Source: Prevotella sp. CAG:279 (GTDB lineage Bacteria > Actinomycetota > Coriobacteriia > Coriobacteriales > Atopobiaceae). Taken from it: a stretch of DNA of 64,000 bases. Below are positions 9,546-18,860 of the stretch, piece after piece (within the stretch, counting starts at the first letter, position 1; each line of letters opens with the position of its first letter). Position numbers and translations under genes: made by a program. The notes beneath the pieces are model-generated. The model was not told the origin of the DNA. It made no database searches and saw only the letters and a list, made by a program, of their open reading frames with translations. The stretch lies in the NCBI GenBank assembly GCA_963653485.1, contig CAVJWS010000001.1, positions 8,040 to 72,039 of the forward strand, read 5' to 3'.

Positions 9546-10340
9546 CTAGCCCTCCAGCCTCTTCGTAAGCTGGCAGATGGCCTCGAGCACGCCCCCGCCA
9601 ACCGCTCGGGCCTTGTCCGAGGAGGTGAAGCAGTGGGAGCGCTCGCAGCGCGGGTCGATGTCGCCTGACTTCATGCCGCTCGTGACCTCGACGCCCTCCT
9701 GCAGAAGGCCCCTCAGCACGCCGTCGATGGTGCAGGTCATAGGCACGCCGGAGACGCGCGCGGCCACCTGGCCGGCACGAACGACGTCACCGATCTGCAG
9801 CACGGGCTCAAAGATGCCGTCTGCCGGGGCACGCAGCACGCGGTCCGCGCTGTGGCCTGCGATGACGCCGGGAATGCCGGTGTTGGGCGCAGCGGGACCA
9901 TCCCAGATGACCTGGCCCAGGTAGTGGCCGCGCTTGGTCTCCACCACGCAGTCGCAGTCCTTGCCGGCCGTGAAGCCAGGGCCGACGCCGATGACATAGG
10001 GCGCCATGGAGCGCCTGGTGCCGAGGTTCTTCTTGGCGAGGATGGCGTCAACCAGGATGGCCGGCTTGAGATCGGCCGCGCTTGCGCCCTCGGGGTCGAC
10101 CAGCACTGCGACCTCTCCGGCCACCACGATGGAGCGCGCCTCGGCGATGGAAGTGGCGAGGCGCGCGGTCACGCCCTCCACCTCGCAAGAGCCCAGGCGA
10201 ATGGCCTCCGAGAAGCTCACGGTGCGACGGATGGAGGTGGGAACGGCCAGGTCGCACATGACGACCTTGAGCCCGGCCCTGTGCAGGCGCAGCGCGATGC
10301 CGGTGGCGATATCGCCCGCTCCCCGAATCTCAACAAGCAT
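9546..10340 (-). CDS. yqeB: Selenium-dependent molybdenum cofactor biosynthesis protein YqeB
   Basis: IRGAGDIATG, IRRTVSF, VDAILAKKNLGT, GPGFTAG, VETKRGHYLG, GDIDPR, SDKARAVGGGVLEA. Confidence 0.93.
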   Translation of the reverse strand: MLVEIRGAGDIATGIALRLHRAGLKVVMCDLAVPTSIRRTVSFSEAIRLGSCEVEGVTARLATSIAEARSIVVAGEVAVLVDPEGASAADLKPAILVDAILAKKNLGTRRSMAPYVIGVGPGFTAGKDCDCVVETKRGHYLGQVIWDGPAAPNTGIPGVIAGHSADRVLRAPADGIFEPVLQIGDVVRAGQVAARVSGVPMTCTIDGVLRGLLQEGVEVTSGMKSGDIDPRCERSHCFTSSDKARAVGGGVLEAICQLTKRLEG

Positions 10341-10399
10341 GTAACTCCCCGTCCGCCAAACCGCGCAACAATACGTCCAAGGCGCGTCTCAGAAGGCGC

Positions 10400-10423
10400 C
10401 GTAGTTGTATTTATAGTACAACG
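10400..10423. promoter_or_regulatory. ModE-box-like palindrome in the yqeB/yqeC divergent promoter
   Basis: CGTAGT-N12-ACAACG (one mismatch to the modA site) in an AT-rich intergenic stretch. Confidence 0.45.
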
Positions 10424-10452
10424 CCATCCCAAACAATAAGTTAGGGGCGCTA

Positions 10453-11211
10453 ATGAATTGTTTGCAAACTCTCAATCAAACTGTGAACGAGCCGAAAGCA
10501 CCTGCGAACGGGGACGACAAGCGCGCCCTCACCGTGGCGGCCATCGGCAGCGGCGGCAAGACCACCTTCCTGCGAGCCTTGGCGGACGACGCCGTAGCCG
10601 CAGGAAAGACGGCCATCCTTGCAACCACCACGCATTTTCTTCCCTTTGAGGGGATCGAGACGGTAAGCGCCGACAGCGAGTTTGAGGTGGCCAGGCGCCT
10701 TGCCAAGCATCGCGTCATCTGCGCGGCGCAGCCCACGAGCTCCGCAAAGGACGCCGGCAAGCTCGGGCCTTCGCCCGTTGCCATCGAGAGGCTCGCGAAG
10801 CTTCCCGACTACCTGCTCGTCGAGGCCGATGGCTCGCGGCGCCTACCCTTAAAGGCCCACGCCGAGCACGAGCCCGCGGTTCCCGTCTGCGCAGACGCCG
10901 TGGCCCTGATGGTGGGCGCAAGCGGCTTTGGCAAGCCGGCCGCCGAGGCGGCACACCGAAGCGACCTGTTCTGCGAACGCGCGGGCTGCGCGGCCAGCGA
11001 CCCCGTGACGCCCGCCGTCCTCGCGCGCCTCATCATGGCCGAGATGCACGCCGGCATCATCTCGCCCACTCTCATCGTGGTGAACCAGGCCGAGGACGCC
11101 GAGACGCTCGACGCGGCCACCAGACTCAAGTGCGAGCTCACCGACAACGGCGTTGACCTGCCGCTCTTTGCCGGCAGCGTAAGGAGGCACCAGCTCCAGG
11201 CGATCGGTTAG
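10453..11211 (+). CDS. yqeC: Selenium cofactor biosynthesis protein YqeC
   Basis: GSGGKTT, TTTH, LVEADGSRRLPLKAHAEHEP, VVNQAE; divergent from yqeB. Confidence 0.9.
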   Translation: MNCLQTLNQTVNEPKAPANGDDKRALTVAAIGSGGKTTFLRALADDAVAAGKTAILATTTHFLPFEGIETVSADSEFEVARRLAKHRVICAAQPTSSAKDAGKLGPSPVAIERLAKLPDYLLVEADGSRRLPLKAHAEHEPAVPVCADAVALMVGASGFGKPAAEAAHRSDLFCERAGCAASDPVTPAVLARLIMAEMHAGIISPTLIVVNQAEDAETLDAATRLKCELTDNGVDLPLFAGSVRRHQLQAIG

Positions 11212-11278
11212 GTCACGGATAAGGCTCCGGATGCTCAATCAGCCCAACAGGCCAGAAGCGGCTACCTACAGACAAAAC

Positions 11279-11311
11279 GGCGCGCCCAAGCAGCAGTTAC
11301 TTGGGCGCGCC
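11279..11311. terminator. Probable bidirectional terminator between yqeC and the desulfurase gene
   Basis: GGCGCGCCCAAG-N9-CTTGGGCGCGCC flanked by AAAA and ATTGTT, between convergent genes. Confidence 0.7.
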
Positions 11312-11402
11312 ATTGTTCATTCGGACGAAGCCAGCCAAGCCCTCGGCAACAACGTCGGCCAAAAACCGCAGGGCAAAGACAGCCGGAGTTCGCAGTGTTT
11401 AC

Positions 11403-12557
11403 CTACTCCTCGGCCAGCACGCGGATGGCCGAGACGGCAACGGCAATCTCCTCTGGTGTGGTGAACCAGCTGGTGGAGAAGCGTACGGCGCCTTGCTCGC
11501 GTGTGCCCATGGCCTCGTGAATGAGCGGCGCGCAGTGGGCGCCGGGCCTGGTGGCGATGCCCCAACCCTGCATGAGCATGTCCGAGACGTCGGCGGAGGG
11601 GATGTCACCGACATTGAGGCACACGACCCCCGTATGAGGCTCGCCCTCCTCGAGCTCGCCCCAGCTGCCGTAGACCTTCACGCCCTCGACGTCGCGAACG
11701 CCCTCGTAGAGCTGGCGCGCCATGGCGAGCTCGTGCGCCCCCATGGCCTCAGCCCCGCCTTGCTCGGCGATAAAGTCGATGCCGGCGCGCAGGCCCGCCA
11801 ACCCGTGGGCGTTCAGGGTGCCCGCCTCGAGGCGTGTGGGCCAGCCGAGCGGCTGGTTGGGGTCAAAGCTATGGACGCCCGTTCCGCCCACGTTATAGGG
11901 CTCGACGTCAACGCCCTCGGCCACGGCAAGCCCTCCCGTGCCCTGAGGTCCCATCAGGGCCTTGTGCCCCGTGAAGCACACGACGTCAACGCCCTGTTCG
12001 GCCATGTTGATGGGAATTAGGCCGGCGCTTTGTGAGGCATCGACGATGACGCGGGCGCCAACCTCATGGGCGCGCTCGGCCACGCGGCCGACGTCGACGA
12101 CGTCGCCCGTGACGTTGGAGGCCCCCGTCACGGCGACGAGTTTGGTTCCGGGGGCGATGAGCCACAGGAGGTCGTCCATGTCCAGGCGCCCCAGCTCGTC
12201 GCAATCAGCCCTCTCGAGCTTGATGTGACGCTCGGAAACCATGCGGTTGAGCGGCCTCAGAACCGAATTGTGCTCGACCGACGTGGTGACGACGCGGTCG
12301 CCCTCATGCACGAGCCCGCTAATGGCGCAGTTGAGCGCGGCCGTCGAGTTTGGGGCGAAGGCAACGTGGTCAGCGCGCGGGCAGCCGAAGAGCTTGGCCA
12401 CGCGTTCGCGGCACTCGTAGACGACGCGGGCCGCGTCCATGGCGGCGCCAGCCGCTCCCCTACCGGCGTTTCCCACCGAACCCATGGCCTCGACCACGGC
12501 GTCGATGACCGGCTGCGGCTTGTGCATCGTCGTGGCGGCATTGTCGAGATAGATCAC
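11403..12557 (-). CDS. Cysteine desulfurase/selenocysteine lyase-like class V PLP enzyme
   Basis: IYLDNAATT, EHNSV, HxxxVIVDASQSAG, TGHK (PLP Lys), RPGAHCAP, VRFS; GTG start inferred. Confidence 0.9.
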   Translation of the reverse strand: MIYLDNAATTMHKPQPVIDAVVEAMGSVGNAGRGAAGAAMDAARVVYECRERVAKLFGCPRADHVAFAPNSTAALNCAISGLVHEGDRVVTTSVEHNSVLRPLNRMVSERHIKLERADCDELGRLDMDDLLWLIAPGTKLVAVTGASNVTGDVVDVGRVAERAHEVGARVIVDASQSAGLIPINMAEQGVDVVCFTGHKALMGPQGTGGLAVAEGVDVEPYNVGGTGVHSFDPNQPLGWPTRLEAGTLNAHGLAGLRAGIDFIAEQGGAEAMGAHELAMARQLYEGVRDVEGVKVYGSWGELEEGEPHTGVVCLNVGDIPSADVSDMLMQGWGIATRPGAHCAPLIHEAMGTREQGAVRFSTSWFTTPEEIAVAVSAIRVLAEE

Positions 12558-12627
12558 GCGTCCCCCGTCCATATTCGAGGGGGCGTCGCGGTGGCGGCAC
12601 CCCCTCGAAAAGAATAATCCTTCAGGC

Positions 12628-12882
12628 CTATTTAACGAACTCGAGCATTTCAATGACCGAGAAAGCCTCGACGGCCACCCCGGCCCGGGAGAACGCCTGC
12701 TCAAGCTCCTCGCGCTGGGCTGGCTCGGCCTTCCAGGCAAGACCGCAACCGGCAGAGATTTCGCCGGGAACGGGAATCATGCGGCCGGGCAGGCCCTCCT
12801 TGGCGCAGAGTTCCTCGCAGCTCATGGCGGCGGCCGTGGAGGGGAAGGTCACCACGAGCGCGGGCTTGCGGACGCGCGGCAC
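12628..12882 (-). CDS. DUF3343 small Cys-containing protein
   Basis: VTFPSTAAAM...RMIPVPGEISAGCGLAW; GTG start overlaps the yedF stop. Confidence 0.85.
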   Translation of the reverse strand: MPRVRKPALVVTFPSTAAAMSCEELCAKEGLPGRMIPVPGEISAGCGLAWKAEPAQREELEQAFSRAGVAVEAFSVIEMLEFVK

Positions 12883-13505
12883 TACGGCCTCACGACCACC
12901 GAGGCGCCAGAGAGCTTCTGGGCGATGACGTACATGTTCGTGACCTCGCCCACGGCAAGCTTGTCGGAGATGCCGTAGAAGTCGGTGCAGGTTCCGCAGG
13001 TGAGGATCTCTACGCCGGCGTCGGCGAGGTTCTTGAGGTCCTCGAGCGAGTCGGAGCCCTCGCAGGTGAGGAAGGCGCCGCCGTTGTAGAACAGGATGGT
13101 CTGGGGCAGATCGTCGAGCTGGGTGAGCGAGAAGATGAAGGCCTTCATGAGCTTCTTGCCGAGCGCGTCGTCGCCCGCGCCCATCACGCCGGCGCTGATC
13201 TGCACCACGACGTTCTTCTTGGCCGGCACGTAGCACTCGGCGGCCTCGGGCTCGCCGGCGGCGACCTCAACGGCCTCGCTGGCCACCGTGTGGGTGTGCC
13301 ATTCCTTCTCGGCCGTCTGCTCGCTCGTGAACTCACAGCCCTTGGAGGCGGCCATGCGGCTCAGGTTCTCGACGGCGATCTTGTTGTCCACGACGGTCTC
13401 GACCTCGCCGGGGCCGCCAAGCGTCCCGAGCGCCTTGAGCGTCTTCACCACCGGCAGCGGGCAGGCGTCTCCGCGGGCGTCGATGAGGAGCTTGTTTTCT
13501 GACAT
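12882..13505 (-). CDS. yedF: Sulfurtransferase-like selenium metabolism protein YedF (TusA + DsrE-like domains)
   Basis: IDARGDACPLPVV (TusA CPxP), MGAGDDALGKKLM, FYNGG, ILTCGTCTDFY, VGEVTNMY. Confidence 0.92.
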   Translation of the reverse strand: MSENKLLIDARGDACPLPVVKTLKALGTLGGPGEVETVVDNKIAVENLSRMAASKGCEFTSEQTAEKEWHTHTVASEAVEVAAGEPEAAECYVPAKKNVVVQISAGVMGAGDDALGKKLMKAFIFSLTQLDDLPQTILFYNGGAFLTCEGSDSLEDLKNLADAGVEILTCGTCTDFYGISDKLAVGEVTNMYVIAQKLSGASVVVRP

Positions 13506-13517
13506 ATGAGCTTCCTT

Positions 13518-13581
13518 TCTTCTGGAATTCTCTTCGGAATTCTCTTCTGGAATTCTCTTCTGGAATTCTTTTCGATAATTC
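13518..13581. repeat. Tandem array of a 13-bp unit TCTTCTGGAATTC (3 perfect copies, one with a 1-nt deletion, one degenerate)
   Basis: Units at 13518, 13531, 13543, 13556 and 13569, read directly from the sequence just upstream of the yedF RBS. Confidence 0.85.
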
Positions 13582-13614
13582 TGAACGAGCTTGTTGCGCT
13601 TACGAACCTGCGGG

Positions 13615-13727
13615 GCGGAAGGTCTTGGGTATGGCCTTGCAGACGTCCTCGCGATGACCTGCTGCCTACGAAGTGCGAGCTTGGGCGCTGCGGAATGTCT
13701 GCTGCGGCTATACCCAAGACCTTCCGC
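13615..13727. repeat. Long hairpin with 18-bp perfect terminal inverted repeat
   Basis: GCGGAAGGTCTTGGGTAT (13615-13632) / ATACCCAAGACCTTCCGC (13710-13727), with further inner pairing GCAGAC/GTCTGC. Confidence 0.8.
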
Positions 13728-13876
13728 TTACGGAGTTCTAATTCGGCGACTGGTCGTTGAGTTTGAGTTTGAGCTTGAGCATGATTTTGCACTCCGGCAT
13801 TTCAGAAAAATTGGGGGGGGGACCTGTTCAACCTGCGGGGCTATCGCCGGTTGTAAGGCTTACTGGAATCGGGCGG

Positions 13877-14920
13877 CTACATGTTGACCACTACCGAGGC
13901 CTCTTGCTTCTTCGTTATCCGGCCAACTATGTTGGCCGGATGGTCCAAGGACCGGAGTATTTCTACGTAGGCTTCAGCCTGCGCCGCAGGAAGGGCCACG
14001 AGGAGGCCACCGGAGGTTTGGGGGTCGAAGAGGACGTCGGTGAGGTCCAGCGGCACGTCTTCCGAGATTTGCACCCTGGGCCCGAAGAAGTCTCGGTTGC
14101 GGTAGGCGCCGGCGGGGATGAGGCCCATCTGGGCCATCTCGCGCGCCTGGGGCATAACGGGAACGGCGCTTGCGTTGAGCTCAACGGTGAGGCCGCTGGC
14201 CTCGGCCATCTCGCAGGAGTGGCCGAGCAGCGAGAAGCCCGTGACGTCGGTGGCGGCGTGGGCCTCAAAGCCATCCAGGGCCTCGGCGGCGTACTTGTTG
14301 AGGTGAATCATCGAGTCTGTGGCCACCTTCACGCCGGCGTCATCAAGCAGGCCCGCCTTGTGGGCCGTGGTGAGCACGCCGGTGCCGAGGGCCTTGGAGA
14401 GCACCAGCGCGTCGGCCTCGCGGGCGGTGCCGTTGGCCAGCAGGTGGCTGAGGTCCACGAAGCCCGTCACGGCAAGGCCGAACTTGGGCTCGCGGTCGTT
14501 GATGGAGTGGCCGCCAGCCACGATGACGCCGGCCTCGCGGCACTTGTCGGCGCCGCCCGCCAGGACCTGGCCGGCCACCTCGATGCCCAGGCAGTTGGGG
14601 AAGCACAGCAGGTTGAGGGCGAGCGCGGGGCGACCTCCCATGGCCCAGACGTCCGAGAGGGCGTTGGCGGCGGCCACCTGGCCAAAGAGGAAGGGGTCGT
14701 CCACCATGGGCGGGAAGAAGTCGGTGGTGCCCACCAAACCGCGGCCGTCACCCAGGTCATAGACGTAGGCGTCGTCCGAGGAGTCAAAGCCTACGAGGAG
14801 ACGCTCGTCGCTCAGTCGGGGAAGCTCAGAGAGCACCTGCGAGAGGTATCCGGGCGCAAGCTTGGCGGCGCATCCGGCCGCCTCAACGAGCTCGGTGAGC
14901 TTCACTCCGGTCATGTCCAT
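13877..14920 (-). CDS. selD: Selenide, water dikinase SelD (Cys-type)
   Basis: KLTELVEAAGCAAK (TGC codon), DDAYVY, TTDFFPPMVDDP, ANALSDVWAMGG, GGHSI, TDVTGFSLLGH, DPQTSGGLL. Confidence 0.96.
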   Translation of the reverse strand: MDMTGVKLTELVEAAGCAAKLAPGYLSQVLSELPRLSDERLLVGFDSSDDAYVYDLGDGRGLVGTTDFFPPMVDDPFLFGQVAAANALSDVWAMGGRPALALNLLCFPNCLGIEVAGQVLAGGADKCREAGVIVAGGHSINDREPKFGLAVTGFVDLSHLLANGTAREADALVLSKALGTGVLTTAHKAGLLDDAGVKVATDSMIHLNKYAAEALDGFEAHAATDVTGFSLLGHSCEMAEASGLTVELNASAVPVMPQAREMAQMGLIPAGAYRNRDFFGPRVQISEDVPLDLTDVLFDPQTSGGLLVALPAAQAEAYVEILRSLDHPANIVGRITKKQEASVVVNM

Positions 14921-14944
14921 GCTGGAAATCCCTTCTACCTGCGC

Positions 14945-15712
14945 TTACTTGAGCTCGAGCGCCTTAAGCGCGGCGCCGAGGGCACCGGCGAAGCGGGCCT
15001 CGGGGCAGCTCGACACAGACGCGCCGAGCTTGGCGCCAAGACGCTCGACAAAATAGGCGTTCTCGCAGAGGCCGCCGGTGAGGAAGTACGGCTCTCCGCT
15101 GCCCTGGCCGGCGAGCGAGGCCACGCGGGAGACCACGCTCTCGATGATGCCGTGGGCGATGTTCTCGCGACGCTCTCCCCTGCCCACGAGGCTGATGACC
15201 TCGCTTTCGGCGAAGACGGTGCACATGCTGGAGATGGTGATGCCGCCGCCCGCCGCGGCCAGGCGCGCCAGCTCTTCCTGGGAGACGCCGAGCTTGTCGG
15301 CTATGACCTCAAGAAAACGGCCCGTACCTGCGGCGCATTTGTCGTTCATGGCGAACTTGGCCACGCGTCCGGCACGCAGCTGGATGACCTTGGTGTCCTG
15401 GCCGCCCACGTCGACGACCGTGCCCTCGGCGCCAAACAGCCTCACGGCGCCGACGCCGTGGCAGGTGATCTCGGTCACGACCTTGTTGGCGTACGGCACC
15501 GAAACGCGACCGTAGCCCGTGGCCACCACGCGTGTGCCCTCGTCGCCCACGTCGACGCCAGCCGCCGCCAGCGCCTCCTTGGCGCGCTCGGCGGCATCCA
15601 CGCTTGAGAAGCCCGTCGGCATGGCTTGCTCCATCAGAACCTTGCCGCCGGCCCCCAGCGCCACGACCTTGGTCGCGGTGGAGCCGATGTCAATGCCGAC
15701 GCCTATCGCCAT
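14945..15712 (-). CDS. ASKHA-type [4Fe-4S] activase (HgdC/YjiL family, double-cubane reductase partner)
   Basis: GIDIGSTATK, ATGYGR, TEITCHG, DVGGQDTK, MNDKCAAGTGRFLE, MCTVFAESEV. Confidence 0.93.
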   Translation of the reverse strand: MAIGVGIDIGSTATKVVALGAGGKVLMEQAMPTGFSSVDAAERAKEALAAAGVDVGDEGTRVVATGYGRVSVPYANKVVTEITCHGVGAVRLFGAEGTVVDVGGQDTKVIQLRAGRVAKFAMNDKCAAGTGRFLEVIADKLGVSQEELARLAAAGGGITISSMCTVFAESEVISLVGRGERRENIAHGIIESVVSRVASLAGQGSGEPYFLTGGLCENAYFVERLGAKLGASVSSCPEARFAGALGAALKALELK

Positions 15713-15731
15713 CTTCCTCGTTCCCCCAGCC

Positions 15732-16892
15732 CTACAGCGTCTCGATAAAGGCCGCGATGCGGGTGTCGATCTGGCCCTGGTCGCCCGCGCTGTAGTCGGT
15801 CTCGATCTTCATGTACGGGATGCCCGCGCCCTCGACGGCCGCCTGCATCTTGGCACTCTCGACGTTGAAGGTGTGGCAGGCGGTGAGCACGCTCTCCACC
15901 ACGCCGTCCACATGGTACTTCTCGCACATGGCAAGCGTGTTGTCCATGCGGCCCTCGTTGGGCGTCATGACCGAGCAGTTAATCTCCAGATAGCGGTCGG
16001 CGATGGCACCGAGGATGTCGTCGGCGTCCTCGTCGATCATCATGCGCGCCGTGCGCTCGCCCGAGCAGTCATCCATGCAGACGACGGTGCCGCCGTTTTC
16101 CTCGATGGTCTTGCCAATCTTGTTGATGACGCCGCCGACCGGGCAGCCCGTGATGAGGATACGCTTGGCGTCTTCGCCGATGGGACGCTCGCCGGCCTCG
16201 TAGGCGGCCTTGCGGGCGTCCACCGTCTGCTCGATCTGGCAGGCGAAGTTGTCCATGTCGAAGTTGAAGGTGCCGGCGAACATCGTGCTCATAAGCTCGA
16301 CGCCGCCCATCACGGGAGGCTGCTGGACCTGCAGCTCAAACATGGAGACCTGTGCTGCGCGCAGGCGGTTGCGACGGCGCACCGCGGCGCGCAGGTCGTC
16401 ATCGGTGATGGTGATGCCGTAGAGCTCCTCCAGGCGCTCCTTCAGAAGGCGGCACTCCTCGCGCCAGCCGGCGCGCTCGTACTCGCGGTCGCGGCTCTGG
16501 GGCAGGTGCAGGATGTGCGTGGGCTTGAGGTCTGCGAGCAGCTCGTACATCTTCTTCTTGCCGTCGCAGGTGGTCTCGCCGATGATGAGGTCGCTGAAGT
16601 AGGTGAAGGGGCACTTCTGCGAGTAGGCAAAGCCGTAGGTGGACTTGATGAGCGGGCAGAGGTTGGCCGGCAGCACCTTTTCGGCCTCGGGGATCACCTC
16701 GTCCGAGGTGCCGCAGAGCCCCACCGCGGAGGCGCCGGCGGCGTCCACTATCTCGAGCGGGGTGTAGCTGCACAGAAAGCCGACGAGCCTGTTGCCCGCC
16801 TGCTTGAAGTCCTTCACGCGGATGAAGGCCGCCTTGCGCTGCTCGTTGAACTCCTCGAACGTGCGCGGCAGCTGCTGCTCTGTGTCGCCCAT
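15732..16892 (-). CDS. Double-cubane-cluster anaerobic reductase (DCCP/YjiM; 2-hydroxyacyl-CoA dehydratase fold)
   Basis: [81 protein letters not shown]...TRIAAF. Confidence 0.88.
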   Translation of the reverse strand: MGDTEQQLPRTFEEFNEQRKAAFIRVKDFKQAGNRLVGFLCSYTPLEIVDAAGASAVGLCGTSDEVIPEAEKVLPANLCPLIKSTYGFAYSQKCPFTYFSDLIIGETTCDGKKKMYELLADLKPTHILHLPQSRDREYERAGWREECRLLKERLEELYGITITDDDLRAAVRRRNRLRAAQVSMFELQVQQPPVMGGVELMSTMFAGTFNFDMDNFACQIEQTVDARKAAYEAGERPIGEDAKRILITGCPVGGVINKIGKTIEENGGTVVCMDDCSGERTARMMIDEDADDILGAIADRYLEINCSVMTPNEGRMDNTLAMCEKYHVDGVVESVLTACHTFNVESAKMQAAVEGAGIPYMKIETDYSAGDQGQIDTRIAAFIETL

Positions 16893-16927
16893 GGCAATGC
16901 TCCCCTGCTAGATTCCCCGAATATGAC

Positions 16928-16965
16928 AACGGTGGGCCCAGGCTCCCCGGCCCGGGCCCACCGTT
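16928..16965. terminator. Intra-operon hairpin after the SBP gene (mRNA stabiliser or partial terminator)
   Basis: AACGGTGGGCCC-N14-GGGCCCACCGTT; no U-tract. Confidence 0.5.
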
Positions 16966-16975
16966 CCCCTATAGC

Positions 16976-18070
16976 TTAGGCCTCGTCGCCCAGGACCGGC
17001 GCCCAGACCTTGCCGAGGATGGTGTCGGCGTCGTCGGTGGAGTCGATGATGCCGTACTCCTTGTAGTCCTCGATGATGGACTTGAGTGCGGTGCTCGTCC
17101 TCTCCTCGGACATGTCGTAGTTGAAGTCCTGGATGATCTCGAGCGCGGCCTGCTTGTCGCCGGATGCCCAGTTGTTCTCGAACATGAGGTCGAGGGCCTC
17201 GGACTTGTTCTCGTTGATCCAGAGGCTCGCCTTGCGGAAGGCGCGGGTGAACTTCTTGGCCGTCACGGGGTTCTCGGAGAAGAAGTCGGAGTTGAAGGCC
17301 AGGATGCAGCAGGGCTCCTTCTGGTAGTCCTCGTCAAAGGTGAGCGAGCGGACCACGCGCAGGGTGCCGTCGTCCACGAAGGACTTGGCGAACTGGTCGG
17401 AAAGCACGGCACCGTCGATCTCGCCGTTCTGCAGGGCCTGGACCACGGCGTCGGTGCTCACGACCTTCCAGTCGATGGTGTTGACGTCCACGCCATCGTG
17501 GCCGAGGAAGCGCATGGCGATGTTCTGGTCGGAGTTGCCCACGCCGTCGGGAATGGCCACGGCCTTGCCGGCGAGGTCGGAGGTGCTCTTGTTGTCGGAG
17601 CTCGCGAGGACGTAGAGGCCCTTGCAGCCAGACTGGCAGCCGACAGTGAAGGTCATCTTCACGCCGTTGATGGAAGGCACGAGCAGGGTGGCGATGTGGT
17701 CGCCGGCGGCCTGGACCTTGGCGGTGCCGAGGCCGTCGGAGGCGCTCGTCATCGAGACGATCTCCACGTCGAGGCCCTCGTCCTCATAGTAGCCGCCGAC
17801 CTTGGCGATGCCGAAGGCGCCGAGGCAGACGCCGCCGTTGTAGCCGGCCTGGATGGTCTTGCCATAGAAGGGCTCCTTCTCCCAGGCGGCCTGCTCCTCC
17901 TCGGCGGTCATGTCCTTGACCTCCTTGGTGATCTCCTCGGCGGCACCGGCGGTGGAGGCGGAAGAGTCGCTGACCTGGCTGCCGCAGCCCGCGAGGCCGA
18001 GGCCGGCGAACACGGCGCCGGCGCCCATGAGCTCAATGAAGTTGCGGCGGGAGATGTTGTTCTGGGACAT
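16976..18070 (-). CDS. NitT/TauT (SsuA/NMT1-like) ABC substrate-binding lipoprotein, Cys-rich
   Basis: Tat lipoprotein signal SRRNF...LAGC; GYYEDEGLDVE; motifs GGVC, GCQSGC, EPCC. Confidence 0.85.
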   Translation of the reverse strand: MSQNNISRRNFIELMGAGAVFAGLGLAGCGSQVSDSSASTAGAAEEITKEVKDMTAEEEQAAWEKEPFYGKTIQAGYNGGVCLGAFGIAKVGGYYEDEGLDVEIVSMTSASDGLGTAKVQAAGDHIATLLVPSINGVKMTFTVGCQSGCKGLYVLASSDNKSTSDLAGKAVAIPDGVGNSDQNIAMRFLGHDGVDVNTIDWKVVSTDAVVQALQNGEIDGAVLSDQFAKSFVDDGTLRVVRSLTFDEDYQKEPCCILAFNSDFFSENPVTAKKFTRAFRKASLWINENKSEALDLMFENNWASGDKQAALEIIQDFNYDMSEERTSTALKSIIEDYKEYGIIDSTDDADTILGKVWAPVLGDEA

Positions 18071-18109
18071 GTCTTTCCTTTCTGGGAACTTATGCTGAGC
18101 CCGCGCAGA

Positions 18110-18859
18110 CTAGCGGGCCTTGGAACCAAAGTGGAGGGTGTCGAGCACGTGGGAGCGAAGCTCGAAGAAGCGCTCCGAGGTCCTCACGCGCGGATAGGGC
18201 AGGTCGACCTCGATGCGCTCGACGATGCGCCCGGGGCGCGGCGCCATCACGAGCACCGAGCCGCCCATGTAGATGGCCTCGTCCACGTCGTGGGTGACCA
18301 TGACCATGGTGGACCCGAGGCGTTGCCACATGGAGAGGATCTCGTCCTGCATGTTCATGCGCGTGAAGGCGTCGAGCGCGCCAAGCGGCTCGTCGAGCAG
18401 GAAGACCTCGGGCTCCATCACCATCGTGCGCACGAGCGCGGCGCGCTGCGCCATGCCGCCGGAGAGCTGGTGGGGGTAGGAGTCCTTGAACTCCAGCAGT
18501 CCGGCCATCTCGAGCAGGGCCTTGACCCGCTCGGGGTCAACCGAGCCCGTGAGCTTGGGCCCAAAGGAGACGTTCTGCTCAATCGTGAGCCAGGGGAAGA
18601 GCGTGGGCTTCTGGAAGGCCACGCCGCGCTCCGGCCCCGGGCCCTCGATGGGCGTGCCGTCGAGGACGGCCGTGCCCGTGGTCGGCTTGGTGAGGCCCGC
18701 GATGACGCGCAGCAGCGTGGACTTGCCGCAGCCCGAGGGGCCCACCACGCTCACGAACTCGCCGTGCTCGATGGTGAGGCTGATGGGGGCCAGCGCCTGG
18801 GTGACACCGCCGTCGGGGGTGGCGAAGCTCTTGGAGACGCAGGAAAGCTCGAGGGCCAT
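18110..18859 (-). CDS. NitT/TauT-family ABC ATP-binding protein
   Basis: GPSGCGKST, LFPWLTIEQNV, LSGGMAQR, LLDEPLGALDAFTR, VTHDVDEA. Confidence 0.93.
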   Translation of the reverse strand: MALELSCVSKSFATPDGGVTQALAPISLTIEHGEFVSVVGPSGCGKSTLLRVIAGLTKPTTGTAVLDGTPIEGPGPERGVAFQKPTLFPWLTIEQNVSFGPKLTGSVDPERVKALLEMAGLLEFKDSYPHQLSGGMAQRAALVRTMVMEPEVFLLDEPLGALDAFTRMNMQDEILSMWQRLGSTMVMVTHDVDEAIYMGGSVLVMAPRPGRIVERIEVDLPYPRVRTSERFFELRSHVLDTLHFGSKAR

Positions 18860-18860
18860 G

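Noticed and set aside
13518..13581. CRISPR array
   Set aside because: The 13-bp units are contiguous with no spacers, and no cas genes are present.
13445..13792. 115-aa ORF between selD and yedF
   Set aside because: It runs through the hairpin and tandem repeats, overlaps yedF out of frame and has no recognisable motif.
13877..14920. Selenocysteine recoding in SelD or other island genes
   Set aside because: The active-site codon is TGC (AAG-C-AAK). YedF, DUF3343, the SBP and DCCP all read through with Cys. No selA/selB/selC is visible in the window.
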